This document shows positions 49,272 to 59,066 of a stretch of 64,000 bases of DNA, one piece after another. Within the stretch, counting starts at the first letter, position 1, and the number at the start of each line of letters is the position of its first letter. Source of the stretch: an uncultured Nitrososphaerota archaeon. GTDB taxonomy: Archaea > Thermoproteota > EX4484-205 > JAAOZO01. The position numbers and the translations under genes were made by a program. The notes under the pieces were generated by a model. That model was not told the DNA's origin. It saw nothing but the letters and a program-made list of their open reading frames with translations, and made no database searches. The stretch covers positions 219,841 through 283,840 of the forward strand of contig CAYOYV010000001.1 of the NCBI GenBank assembly GCA_964408285.1, read 5' to 3'.

Positions 49272-50383
49272 TGACCAACACCTCCCTTGGATACAATCGC
49301 CAGTGCGTCCACCAATGCCCTCACTTGGTCCTTTGTATTCTGGATGAAAGGGGCGAACCTGATGCATGGCTCTGTCTGGAACGGGACCGACAGATGCTTG
49401 TCTTTGACCCCCAGGCTATTGACAGACACAATCAATCCAGTGGCGTTGTCAAGCATCAACGAGATTTCTTTTGGATTGAACCGAGTCGATGTCATTGAGA
49501 ATATGGCGATTCTCTTGAGCGGCTCAGTTGGACCGATGAGTTTCAGACCTTCGGCTTTCTGAATTCCCTCCAGGACCGTTCTGCAGAACTCAAGATCTCT
49601 AGCCCTGTTGTTCTCGTGACCGATGTTCCCCAAGTACCTCAATGCCTCAAGCATGCACAGGATTTGCTCAGAGGGAATGTCGGACTGAGACATGGCCTTC
49701 CAACAGGAAGAGAGAACAGAATCCCCTTTCAAGATATCCCTAATACGTCTGGACAGATATGCTATTACCAGTCCATCGAAGGACAGAATTGGTCTGCTTC
49801 TGACTATCGTGATATCAGCGTCTATTGCTGCCAGACTCGGCCACCTTCTAGGTAAGATATAGGATGCATCCATTATCACAATACCCCCCGTCTCATGAAC
49901 TACTCTTGTTGCCTCATTCGCCTCCATGATTGCGCCGGTCACAGGCGATCCTAGACTGAACACGAATATGCTTCTTCTTGATTTCGCAACTTCCCTTAAC
50001 TCGTTGAGATCGAAGTCGAAATCCCCGGTCAGGGAGATGGCTCTTCGGTCATGCAGCCTTGGGGATAATGACATCATGAATGGGAGGACGAGTTTCTCGC
50101 TTTCATACACGGGACAAAGGAAAGCTAGGGATTTTGAGGAGACCATGCACATGGACAACCAATGGCCTATCTCCCAGACGCTTCTGAATGCATAGGTCTC
50201 CGTATCCAATACAAAGCCCAGTCTCCTGCCTATGTCCTTTAGTGCAAATTGAATTTCATCCCTCTGCACTTGCACTTCGGGATCTACTGCCATGATAGAA
50301 TTCGCTTTCTTTCTCACAGGATCTGGGATCTGCGGGAAATCCGAACTGTCAATCGATATCTTGTATGGTCCACTTGGTTGCAT
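49268..50383 (-). CDS. SufS/cysteine desulfurase-fold protein lacking the PLP lysine and catalytic Cys
   Basis: Class V aminotransferase layout (S.VTG, DA, EALRYL..IG, IR......NT..QV..L..AL); SGHK reads RSRP and GHHCA reads NSLGV. Confidence 0.7.
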   Translation of the reverse strand: MQPSGPYKISIDSSDFPQIPDPVRKKANSIMAVDPEVQVQRDEIQFALKDIGRRLGFVLDTETYAFRSVWEIGHWLSMCMVSSKSLAFLCPVYESEKLVLPFMMSLSPRLHDRRAISLTGDFDFDLNELREVAKSRRSIFVFSLGSPVTGAIMEANEATRVVHETGGIVIMDASYILPRRWPSLAAIDADITIVRSRPILSFDGLVIAYLSRRIRDILKGDSVLSSCWKAMSQSDIPSEQILCMLEALRYLGNIGHENNRARDLEFCRTVLEGIQKAEGLKLIGPTEPLKRIAIFSMTSTRFNPKEISLMLDNATGLIVSVNSLGVKDKHLSVPFQTEPCIRFAPFIQNTKDQVRALVDALAIVSKGGVGQ

Positions 50384-50813
50384 AACAGTCAGTCGAGCCG
50401 TCAGGCGGAATAAAAGATTAAGCGACGGGGCTTGAAGCCGCTATGCAGAATGCTGCAGCCATCCGAAAGATGCAATGATGATTGTCCAGACATAGAATGA
50501 GGTTTGTCCTTGTAGGCGGATACCAGCGGAATGCTAGACTCAATCAAGTATATGTCTGATTGGCCAGGGAATGGATCGGCTTCCAGCCCAATCGCCTATC
50601 TGTCATCGGTGAATTGGTTCAGGACTCAGGTGCGCCTCGATAGACAGAAGATCCTCATGGGTCATTGGTGTCACAGGGACATGGGCTGTTCAGACGGTGG
50701 AGACGGAAGCGTCATGCTTATAAGGAAGTCGAGGCCAAGATCAAAATCCGGGTCTCAGACTAGGAGATTGCTGAAGTCGGGATTCGGTCAGCGGGGGTCG
50801 AGTCTTCGCCCAG

Positions 50814-51755
50814 TTGGAGCAACATCAAGCTAACCAACCAACTCCTCTGATCAGGGTCAGGGATGCCGGATTTCCATTCGCGAACTTAGATATCTATCTC
50901 AAATTCGAAGGCGCAAATCCTACTGGGACTCAGAAAGATCGCATAGCATCCCTTCACGTTCAAAATGCAGTCCGACAGGGCTTCAGGGAGATCACTGTCG
51001 GCACTTGCGGCAATTATGGGGCGGCGATCGCGTATTGGTCTAGAATCTATGGCCTCAGATCAAAGATCTTCGTGCCGGTCGGTTTTCACGCCGTCAGGCT
51101 CTTTCAACTAGGTCAAGACGGCTTTGAAGTGATTCGGGGCGAAGGCTTCGTTGAGGATCTGGTTGACCAAAGCAGGCTAATGGCACAGGACGATGGCTAC
51201 TATGATGCCAACCCCGGTTCGAAGAACAGATTTCTGGACGAACAAGGTTATTCGGAGATATCGAGAGAGATAGTAGCTCAGCTGGGTGCCGGACCAGCTT
51301 CTGTCCTGATACCCGTGGGCAACGGAACTACATTACACGGAATGTACGTGGGTTTCAGCGATCTTAGGAAAAGAGGGATCATCGATTCAATCCCTCGAAT
51401 CGTGGCAATAGCTCCCAAGGAATCCAATCCAATTGTTGACTCGATCCTGTCCAGACACCCCTACAGGGATCTTGAACCTACTCTAGTGGAAGTCACTGCA
51501 ACGAATGAGCCGTTGGCAGGTTACAGATCAATCGACGGCAATGATGCAGTATCAGAGATAACGGAGTCATCAGGGTTTGCCATATCTGTGACCGATGAGG
51601 AGATGCTTTCTGCCTGCCAATGCTATTGCAGCTCCTTGCAGATAGACATCCTCCCTGCGTCTGCGTCTGTACTCGCTGCTTTGCGGTATTTCCCGAGGGA
51701 AATGATCCATGAAGGTCCGATCGTATGTCTGATAACAGGCAGGCGGAACCTCTAG
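50814..51755 (+). CDS. Threonine synthase-like PLP enzyme (fold type II)
   Basis: TPL, KFEGANPTGTQKDR, GTCGNYG, PVGNGT, PASA, ITG. Confidence 0.85.
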   Translation: MEQHQANQPTPLIRVRDAGFPFANLDIYLKFEGANPTGTQKDRIASLHVQNAVRQGFREITVGTCGNYGAAIAYWSRIYGLRSKIFVPVGFHAVRLFQLGQDGFEVIRGEGFVEDLVDQSRLMAQDDGYYDANPGSKNRFLDEQGYSEISREIVAQLGAGPASVLIPVGNGTTLHGMYVGFSDLRKRGIIDSIPRIVAIAPKESNPIVDSILSRHPYRDLEPTLVEVTATNEPLAGYRSIDGNDAVSEITESSGFAISVTDEEMLSACQCYCSSLQIDILPASASVLAALRYFPREMIHEGPIVCLITGRRNL

Positions 51756-51864
51756 TATCTATGTAAGCTCAAGAAACTGGTATCGTGCTTGTTCTCCAGA
51801 TAGGACAGAGGTTAAGCTTTTAAACGACCCGAAAATCGGTTGAGAACGAAAGGGAGGACACGAA

Positions 51865-51978
51865 ATGTCCAAGAAGGAAGAGAAGGAAGAAGAGGAATGG
51901 GAGGAAGGTTCTGAGGAGGAATGGGAGGAAGAAGAGTGGGATGAGGAGGAGGAATGGGACGAGGACGAGGAGTGGTAG
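51865..51978 (+). CDS. 37-aa Glu/Asp-rich peptide with spaced Trp (not in ORF track)
   Basis: MSKKEEKEEEEWEEGSEEEWEEEEWDEEEEWDEDEEW; TATA TTTTAAAC 51818-25, GGAGG 51853-57, T-rich tracts downstream. Confidence 0.8.
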   Translation: MSKKEEKEEEEWEEGSEEEWEEEEWDEEEEWDEDEEW

Positions 51979-52123
51979 CCTCCCAAACTTTTCTTGTAAT
52001 CCCTTTTGCATTGGAATTCTATGAGTGACACTTGGATCATCGCATCACGAACAAGCTCCGCGTAGACTCCAACTTGATTCGCCACTCTGGATGGGAACCC
52101 AGAGCGCGCTCGATACCCGTGTT

Positions 52124-54058
52124 TCAGCGTTTCTTGACATCGATTGCAATGGATTTGTAGTTCGGGGTGAAAGTCGCAGAAGTATAGTCGAGCGGCACCA
52201 ATCTATTGACAAGAAGCTTCTGGGAGTGTATGAACATTTTGACAACTCCTCTTTGAACGAGCCGATCAGTCTTGATCTTGGCATCTAAGCTTCCGCATAT
52301 GCTGGATATTGTTGCGAAATCGCCATCGAAGATGCCTTTTTCCTTTGCATCCTGAGGATTCATGTAGCAGAATTCAGCGTAGTCTTCTCTCCCATGTCTC
52401 AAGGAGGGTGCGAGGGAGGTCAATTCGTCATGAAGGAAGTGCAATGGCGATCTTACTGTGACCAGAACGTAGGGACGGGCGCTTGTCCTAGCATATTCCA
52501 CTCCTTCATAATGAACGGGCATGTATTTCATGAAAGGTGGTTCCTTCAGAGCCCAAGAGTCCCTCCCCTGATTTATTTCATCCAGCCTAACAGACTCATA
52601 GGCCGGAACAAGATTTACTATTTCCTCTAGGATTTCGTTTTCTGACTCATACGGAAAGCACGGGCCAATCGAGAAATAGTTGGCAAGTTCCTTGAATATT
52701 AACCATACAGGTTTCGCTTCTCCAATCGGTCCTGTCACCTTCTGAACTCTACGTATTCTTCTCTCCCCGTTGGTTATTGTGCCGTTCTGCTCAATCAGCA
52801 TAGGAATCGGCAATACCACATTCGCGAATCTCATCGTGAGATTCTTGTGATGATGAAGCATCACCACAAACATTTTCTCAATGTTCTTGTGAAGCCGATT
52901 CAAGTCGGGAAGCGAAACTGATATGTTCGTGTCACACGCGAACAAGGCTCTCACGGGAGTGATGTATAGCGACTGAATCATGTTAAGGCCCAGCTCCCCA
53001 CTCAGCTCTGCTCCCCAGGCCCTCTCAAGGGTGTCCCTTAGTATAATGGATGGCATGAAACCGCTGGGCTGACCACCCATGTCTCCCACGCCCTGGACAT
53101 TTATCTCGCCCCTGTTTGATAGAATCTTCCCTCCCTTCACGATTACAAGATTCAGCAGAGAATACACATTCAGGAGTCCGTTCTTGCTCTGAGTCATACC
53201 CATTCCGTGCATCAGTCCGAACGAACTAGATGAGCAGACCATGTCTTCAAGAAGCCCGAACTGCCTTGGATCTATCCCACAGATGGGACAAATCGTCTGG
53301 CAGGTGTAATTCGAGACTGTGGACAGCAATTGCTCATATCCGGTGATGCGCTTGGCGTCGTTCCCGATGCTTCCTCGACGTAGGACGCTGTTCGTTAGGG
53401 CATTGATCAGGGCCAGCTCCGTGTCAGGCTGAATCTGAATGGAAAAATCAGATACCATGGAAGTCTCATTTGGAGCTGAGACAATGCTGGCCATTTTGGC
53501 GCCATGCCTCTTTGCCTTCAGGATCTTGTTGAAAAGCACCGGATGATTGGATGCTGGATTTGAGCCGACAATCAGTATGAGGTCCCTAGTGTATATGTCA
53601 TCGAACATGCTGGGCGATCCATCCATGCCGAATACGTCTTGGAAGGCCCTTACGGTATTGGCATGGCAAAGCCTGCTGCAGCAACCATCAATATTGTTAG
53701 TATGGAGGGCTATCCTTCCGAACTTCTGCATAACATAGGAATTTTCATTTGTGGTCTTCCCAGACGGTATGAAGAGGACCTCTCTGCCATCTAGGTCTTT
53801 CACATGATCATATATGAAACGATAAGCTTCGGCCCAAGCAACTCCCTTGAATTCTTCATCCTTGTCCTCTCTGATGAGGGGATTCAACAACCTGTTACCA
53901 TACATGACTTCCGAGATCGTCAGACCTTTCGCACATGGAGATCCTTCGCTTACTGGATCGCTATGATCAGGGATGGTTCTGACCACTCTCTCGTTCTCAA
54001 CGACATACTTGAGTCTGCATCCGACACCGCAATAAATGCAAGTGGATGCTACGTCCAT
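52124..54058 (-). CDS. fdhA: Formate dehydrogenase alpha subunit (Mo/W-bisPGD, Cys ligand)
   Basis: CIYCGVGC..CAKG, NNID.CSRLCH, RGEINVQG.GDMG, GTITNGERR, TPNYK; ATG 54058. Confidence 0.88.
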   Translation of the reverse strand: MDVASTCIYCGVGCRLKYVVENERVVRTIPDHSDPVSEGSPCAKGLTISEVMYGNRLLNPLIREDKDEEFKGVAWAEAYRFIYDHVKDLDGREVLFIPSGKTTNENSYVMQKFGRIALHTNNIDGCCSRLCHANTVRAFQDVFGMDGSPSMFDDIYTRDLILIVGSNPASNHPVLFNKILKAKRHGAKMASIVSAPNETSMVSDFSIQIQPDTELALINALTNSVLRRGSIGNDAKRITGYEQLLSTVSNYTCQTICPICGIDPRQFGLLEDMVCSSSSFGLMHGMGMTQSKNGLLNVYSLLNLVIVKGGKILSNRGEINVQGVGDMGGQPSGFMPSIILRDTLERAWGAELSGELGLNMIQSLYITPVRALFACDTNISVSLPDLNRLHKNIEKMFVVMLHHHKNLTMRFANVVLPIPMLIEQNGTITNGERRIRRVQKVTGPIGEAKPVWLIFKELANYFSIGPCFPYESENEILEEIVNLVPAYESVRLDEINQGRDSWALKEPPFMKYMPVHYEGVEYARTSARPYVLVTVRSPLHFLHDELTSLAPSLRHGREDYAEFCYMNPQDAKEKGIFDGDFATISSICGSLDAKIKTDRLVQRGVVKMFIHSQKLLVNRLVPLDYTSATFTPNYKSIAIDVKKR

Positions 54059-54216
54059 GACGGGAAAATAACGTGGTGACGGTATAAATGCTCTCTCGCT
54101 GAATTGCCATGACTCAACAGAGTCGAGTTTCGGTGAAAATGATTCATAACTTCGGGGCAATCTTTTTAAGGGTTAATGGAGCGCTGAGGCATATCTCGCT
54201 TCGGGGACATGATGAA

Positions 54217-54726
54217 ATGTCGAGTAAAGAAGCAGCTGTTGTAACAACCACCATAGATAAGCGAATGCAGATATTGAGCGATGAGATGAAACGTCACAAC
54301 TACACGAAGGATTCTCTGCTTGAGATTCTTCACAAGGCGCACGAGCTATATGGTTATTTTGACAAGGACCTTCTTCTTCAGATCTCGAAATCATTGAGAC
54401 TTCCCCCGAGCCATGTGTACGGGGTAGCAACATTCTATAATCTCTTCAAATTGGTGCAGCCGGGTGATCACGTTGTGACTTTCTGCATGGGGACCGCCTG
54501 CTATGTCAGAGGAGTCGAGCAGATACTGGGAAGCGTTGAGAAGGGATACAATATCAAGCGCGGCGAAACTAGCTCAGACAGGAGACTGTCTGTATTCGTG
54601 ACGCGATGTATTGGATGTTGCGCAATGGCTCCAAATGTCATTGTGGATGAGGAAGTTATCGGCAAGGCCACTACAGAACAAGTTGTTGAGCGTATTAGGC
54701 AAACCTTGGAGGAGAAGAAAGAATGA
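54217..54726 (+). CDS. hoxE: Bidirectional hydrogenase subunit HoxE (NuoE-like)
   Basis: VYGVATFY, CMGTACYVRG, RCIGCC.MAP. Confidence 0.88.
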   Translation: MSSKEAAVVTTTIDKRMQILSDEMKRHNYTKDSLLEILHKAHELYGYFDKDLLLQISKSLRLPPSHVYGVATFYNLFKLVQPGDHVVTFCMGTACYVRGVEQILGSVEKGYNIKRGETSSDRRLSVFVTRCIGCCAMAPNVIVDEEVIGKATTEQVVERIRQTLEEKKE

Positions 54727-56378
54727 AACCGGACGAGCTTAGGGCAATGTCAGAAAGAGAATCGCAGGCGAGAGGCTCTTTTGAATATAGAATAAACGTC
54801 TGCTGTTCCAGCGGGTGTGCTCATTTTGGATCTCTGAAAGTTCTCAGTTCGTTTGAGAAAGCAGTCAAGCAACTTGGACTGGAGGGAAGATGCAAGGTCG
54901 CCAGAACCGGTTGCGTAGGGACATGCTACGTAGCACCAGTAGTGTTGATCGATCCCGGAGGCTACATGTATCAAGGAGCTACGCCGGAGATGACAACGGA
55001 GATCGTCAGAGAACACATTTTGAACAAAGCCCCCATTAAGGACAAGCTCTATTCCAATGAGTCTTTTTTTAAGAAGCAAGTCAGGATCGTGATGAGGAAT
55101 GCGGGAAAGATCGATCCTTACAGGATCGAAGATTACATGTGTTTCCGAGGGTACTTCGCCTTACTCAAGGCTCTGACTGAGATGAAGCCCGAAGATGTCA
55201 TACAGGAACTGACCTCCAGCGGCATCAGAGGCCGCGGCGGTGCTGGTTTCCAAGCGGGAACGAAATGGGGATTCGTCGCAAAGGCCGAAGGAAAGCCGAA
55301 GTATATGGTTGCAAACCTAGATGAAGGAGATCCGGGAGTCTTCGCTAATCGCACCCTTGGGGAGGCTGATCCTCATGCGATACTAGAGGGCATGGCAATC
55401 GCGGGATATGCAATTGGAGCAGAGCAGGGATATATATATGTCCGCAGAGAATACCCGGTTGCCGTAGAGACACTCCGAAGGGCAATAGATCAAGCGAGAT
55501 CAGTGGGATTGCTGGGACAGAGCATATTCGAGACTTCGTTCAGTTTCGATATTGAATTGAGACTTGGAGCCGGGGCTTTCATAGCCGGCGAGGAAACAGC
55601 CATTCTAGCGTCCATAGAGGGGCGGAGGGCTATGCCGCGTCCGAGACCTCCCTATCCGGCCAATTCGGGTCTGTGGGAGAAGCCGACGCTTATCAATAAT
55701 GTAGAGACACTGGCTAATGTGCCTTTGATAATACTCAATGGCGGTGAATGGTTCTCGAAAATAGGACTTCCGAGATGCACTGGCACCAAATGCTTCTCTC
55801 TGACTGGAAAGGTGAGGAATCCTGGTCTGATCGAGGTCCCAATGGGGATAACACTTCGCGAGGTGGTATTTGACATAGGAGGAGGGCCATTCGAGGGAAG
55901 AAAGCTGAAGGCGGTTCAGGTGGGTGGTCCTTCTGGAGGCTGTCTTCCAGATAGCTTGCTCGACCTCAGCATAGACTACGAATCCCTGACCAAGGCGGGG
56001 GCGATTATGGGATCGGGTGGAATAGTCGTGCTCGATGACACTTCATGCATGGTTGATACAGCGAAATTCTTCACGGATTTCTGCGTGGACGAGTCCTGCG
56101 GAAAATGCACGCCATGCAGGGTCGGTCTCTACAAGGCATATCAGATATTGGACAGGATTACAAAGGGTGAAGGGAGGCCTGACGATCTTGACCTACTGGA
56201 AGACATGGGCAACTTCATAAAGGAGGCCAGCCTGTGCGGGCTCGGACAAACGGGTCCCAACCCGATCTTGACCACACTCCGCTATTTCAGGGATGAACAC
56301 ATGTCACACATAGTTGACAAGAGGTGCCCTGCTGGCAAGTGCACCATCAAATCCGACAAGGAGGTCGTCGTCTCTTGA
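54723..56378 (+). CDS. hoxF: Diaphorase flavoprotein HoxF (NuoF-like)
   Basis: N-terminal thioredoxin-like 2Fe-2S, RGRGGAGF, DEGDPG, GEETA, ESCGKCTPCR, SLCGLG. Confidence 0.92.
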   Translation: MKPDELRAMSERESQARGSFEYRINVCCSSGCAHFGSLKVLSSFEKAVKQLGLEGRCKVARTGCVGTCYVAPVVLIDPGGYMYQGATPEMTTEIVREHILNKAPIKDKLYSNESFFKKQVRIVMRNAGKIDPYRIEDYMCFRGYFALLKALTEMKPEDVIQELTSSGIRGRGGAGFQAGTKWGFVAKAEGKPKYMVANLDEGDPGVFANRTLGEADPHAILEGMAIAGYAIGAEQGYIYVRREYPVAVETLRRAIDQARSVGLLGQSIFETSFSFDIELRLGAGAFIAGEETAILASIEGRRAMPRPRPPYPANSGLWEKPTLINNVETLANVPLIILNGGEWFSKIGLPRCTGTKCFSLTGKVRNPGLIEVPMGITLREVVFDIGGGPFEGRKLKAVQVGGPSGGCLPDSLLDLSIDYESLTKAGAIMGSGGIVVLDDTSCMVDTAKFFTDFCVDESCGKCTPCRVGLYKAYQILDRITKGEGRPDDLDLLEDMGNFIKEASLCGLGQTGPNPILTTLRYFRDEHMSHIVDKRCPAGKCTIKSDKEVVVS

Positions 56379-57082
56379 GCTCAAACACCGTGAAGCTGGT
56401 GATAGATGGAAAGGAGATATTCGCCGGTCCCGAAGACACGCTTTTCGAGGCCGCGAGGAAAAACGGCATAGAGATTCCCGCTCTATGCTCAGTACTTGAT
56501 GGGCTTTCAGGATACGGAGGCTGCAGGCTCTGCCTTGTTGAGACGAAAGGATCGGGTCGATTGCTGCCATCATGCACTACTCCTGTTAGCGAAGGTTTGG
56601 AGATAGTTACGAGCTCCGACAGATTGACAAGGTACAGAAGATGGGTAGTGGAATTGCTGCTTGCAGAAAGGACTCACATATGCTCTGTTTGCATGGCAAA
56701 CGGGAGTTGCGAGCTTCAGGATGTGGCAACTAAGCTTGGGGTCGATCATCTCAGAGTAGCCAGGTTTTGGAGTGGACTCGAGGTCGATCTGACACATGAA
56801 CGGTTCGCATATGATCCCAACAGGTGTGTCCTATGCACAAGGTGTGTCAGGGTATGCGACGAGATAGAAGGAGTGCACACACTTGACCTCATGAAGAGAG
56901 GTAAGGACGAAAAGGTCATATTCGATATGGATGAAAAGTGGGGATCAGCTCCATCATGTACTTCCTGCGGTAAGTGCAGTGCAGTCTGCCCAGTCGGGGC
57001 TATCTACGTGAAGGGCAAACCCCTGTCGGAAGTCAAGAAAAAGGATCTGGTATCCTTCATAAGACAGAGGAGGCAGAGGTGA
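56375..57082 (+). CDS. hoxU: Diaphorase Fe-S subunit HoxU
   Basis: IPALC, CRLCLVE, HICSVC.ANG.CELQ, CVLCTRCVRVC, CTSCGKC..VCP; TTGA overlap. Confidence 0.92.
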   Translation: MSSNTVKLVIDGKEIFAGPEDTLFEAARKNGIEIPALCSVLDGLSGYGGCRLCLVETKGSGRLLPSCTTPVSEGLEIVTSSDRLTRYRRWVVELLLAERTHICSVCMANGSCELQDVATKLGVDHLRVARFWSGLEVDLTHERFAYDPNRCVLCTRCVRVCDEIEGVHTLDLMKRGKDEKVIFDMDEKWGSAPSCTSCGKCSAVCPVGAIYVKGKPLSEVKKKDLVSFIRQRRQR

Positions 57083-57089
57083 GAGGAAG

Positions 57090-57623
57090 ATGGGCAAGCT
57101 CAGGTTTGCGACGATTTGGCTAAGCGGTTGTTCCGGATGTCACATGTCTTTCCTTGATCAAGATGAGCGATTGATCGAACTGGCAGATAGACTCGAATTC
57201 GTATATAGCCCGATTATGGATACCAAAGAATTCCCAGAAAATGTGGACGTTACCCTGATAGAAGGGGCCGTGAACAACGAGGAGCAATTGAGTCTCTTAA
57301 GGCTCGCAAGGAGCAGATCAAAGTTGATCGTCTCATTAGGAGATTGTGCTGTCACCGGCAATGTCACAGCTCTCAGAAACGCCTTGAACGAAAGCAGTGA
57401 ATCCGTCCTGAAAAAGGCATACTTGGATAACGTAACAGCTCAACCCCAGGTCCCAGACGAAGTACCTCACTTGCTTGCGTCTGCTCCTCCCTTGCATGAG
57501 ATAGTGAAGGTTGACTTCTTCATCCCAGGTTGCCCTCCTCGTGCCGATCTGACTAATTACGTGTTGAGTGAACTCATATCAGGAAGGACGCCAGTGACTC
57601 AGGGTAGGTTCAAGTATGGTTGA
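57090..57623 (+). CDS. hoxY: [NiFe]-hydrogenase small subunit HoxY
   Basis: WLSGCSGCHMSFLD, GDCAVTGNV, PGCPP; short HoxY length. Confidence 0.92.
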   Translation: MGKLRFATIWLSGCSGCHMSFLDQDERLIELADRLEFVYSPIMDTKEFPENVDVTLIEGAVNNEEQLSLLRLARSRSKLIVSLGDCAVTGNVTALRNALNESSESVLKKAYLDNVTAQPQVPDEVPHLLASAPPLHEIVKVDFFIPGCPPRADLTNYVLSELISGRTPVTQGRFKYG

Positions 57624-57632
57624 AGGAGGTCT

Positions 57633-59066
57633 GTGAAGATGAGAGATAGAATAGCAATCAGTCCCGTAACAAGAATCGAGGGCCACGCCAACGTAACGAT
57701 CCACCTCAATTCAGATGGCACGGTCAGAGAAGCTAGGTTCAATGTGACTGACTTCAGAGGATTTGAGAGATTCTGCGAAGGAAGACCATATTACGAGATG
57801 CCTGCATTGACCTCAAGGGTCTGTGGAATCTGCCCCGTCAGCCACTTGCTGGCCTCAACGAAGGCCTGCGATGAGCTAGTCGCCGTGACCCCATCGGAGA
57901 CTGCAATAAGACTTCGACGTCTGATGCACATGGGTCAGATTATACAATCTCATGCCCTGAGTTTCTTCCATTTGTCGTCTCCTGATATTCTCCTTGGCAT
58001 GGAATCAGATCCATCCAAGCGCAATATTCTCGGTCTGTTGGAAAAAAGACCAGAGTTGGCCAAGCAGGGCATTAGACTAAGAAAATTCGGACAGACGATT
58101 ATAGAAAATCTCTCTGGAAAAAGAATACATTCCAGCGATTGGATTCTGCCAGGGGGAGTGAGAAGCCCTCTCTCTTCAGAAAAAGCCCGAGCCTTGTTGC
58201 TTGATGCGCCGGAAGCATTGCGGATTACACAAGGAGCCCTCTTGCTGTTCAAGCAGGAGCTCGAAAGAATGGGCGAGGAAGTAAGGAATTTCGGTGAATT
58301 TCCGACCTTGTTCCTTGGGCTTGTCAATGAAGAGGGAGGCCTAGAGCACTACGACGGGAAGCTGCGGATCATCGATTCAGCAGGAAAGACGGTAGCGGAT
58401 CGACTTGATCCCAAGAAGTATTACGAGTACATAGGCGAGGCCGTTGAACCTTGGTCCTATATGAAATTCCCGTACTACAAGCCCCTAGGGTACCCAGAAG
58501 GCGCATACCGCGTCGGTCCTCTGGCGAGGCTGAACATAGCGTCGAGATGCGGCACGCCGCTCGCAGATGAAGAGCTTAAGCAGTTCAAGCGTCTAGGCAA
58601 GAACGGAATTGTCCTGAATACGTTCCATTATCACTTGGCAAGACTGATCGAGATTCTCTTTTGCATTGAGCAAGCGAGGAAATTGCTAGAAGATGGTAAG
58701 ACAATAGGGACAGACGTTCAAGCCAGCGCTGGCCTGAACAGGAGAGAGGGCGTTGGTTCACTTGAAGCACCGAGAGGAACACTTTTCCATCACTACAAGG
58801 TAGACGACCAGGGCAGAATAACCTGGGTGAATCTCATTATCGCAACGGGTCATAACAACATTGCCTTCAACACGGCAATAACTCAAGTCGCAAGGAAATA
58901 TGTCAAGGGAAAGGATCTAAGGGAGGGGATGCTAAACAGGGTGGAGGCAGTGGTGCGTGCCTTTGATCCCTGCCTCAGTTGTTCCACACATGCCTTGGGA
59001 GAAATGCCACTGAAAATCCAGCTGTACGACAATGAAGGCATGCTTCTGAAAGAGATCATGCGCTGA
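57633..59066 (+). CDS. hoxH: [NiFe]-hydrogenase large subunit HoxH (group 3d)
   Basis: RIEGH, SRVCGICPVSH, EAPRGTL.HHY, FDPCLSCSTH plus cleavable tail. Confidence 0.93.
   Translation: MKMRDRIAISPVTRIEGHANVTIHLNSDGTVREARFNVTDFRGFERFCEGRPYYEMPALTSRVCGICPVSHLLASTKACDELVAVTPSETAIRLRRLMHMGQIIQSHALSFFHLSSPDILLGMESDPSKRNILGLLEKRPELAKQGIRLRKFGQTIIENLSGKRIHSSDWILPGGVRSPLSSEKARALLLDAPEALRITQGALLLFKQELERMGEEVRNFGEFPTLFLGLVNEEGGLEHYDGKLRIIDSAGKTVADRLDPKKYYEYIGEAVEPWSYMKFPYYKPLGYPEGAYRVGPLARLNIASRCGTPLADEELKQFKRLGKNGIVLNTFHYHLARLIEILFCIEQARKLLEDGKTIGTDVQASAGLNRREGVGSLEAPRGTLFHHYKVDDQGRITWVNLIIATGHNNIAFNTAITQVARKYVKGKDLREGMLNRVEAVVRAFDPCLSCSTHALGEMPLKIQLYDNEGMLLKEIMR

Noticed and set aside
50440-50813. 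Possible C/D sRNA (ATGATGA at 50475) or 100-aa ORF 50531-50833
   Set aside because: No properly spaced C' and CTGA D box, and the ORF has no motif; region left unexplained
51759-52085. Ser/His-rich minus-strand ORF
   Set aside because: Antisense of the Glu/Trp peptide, which has the promoter and RBS
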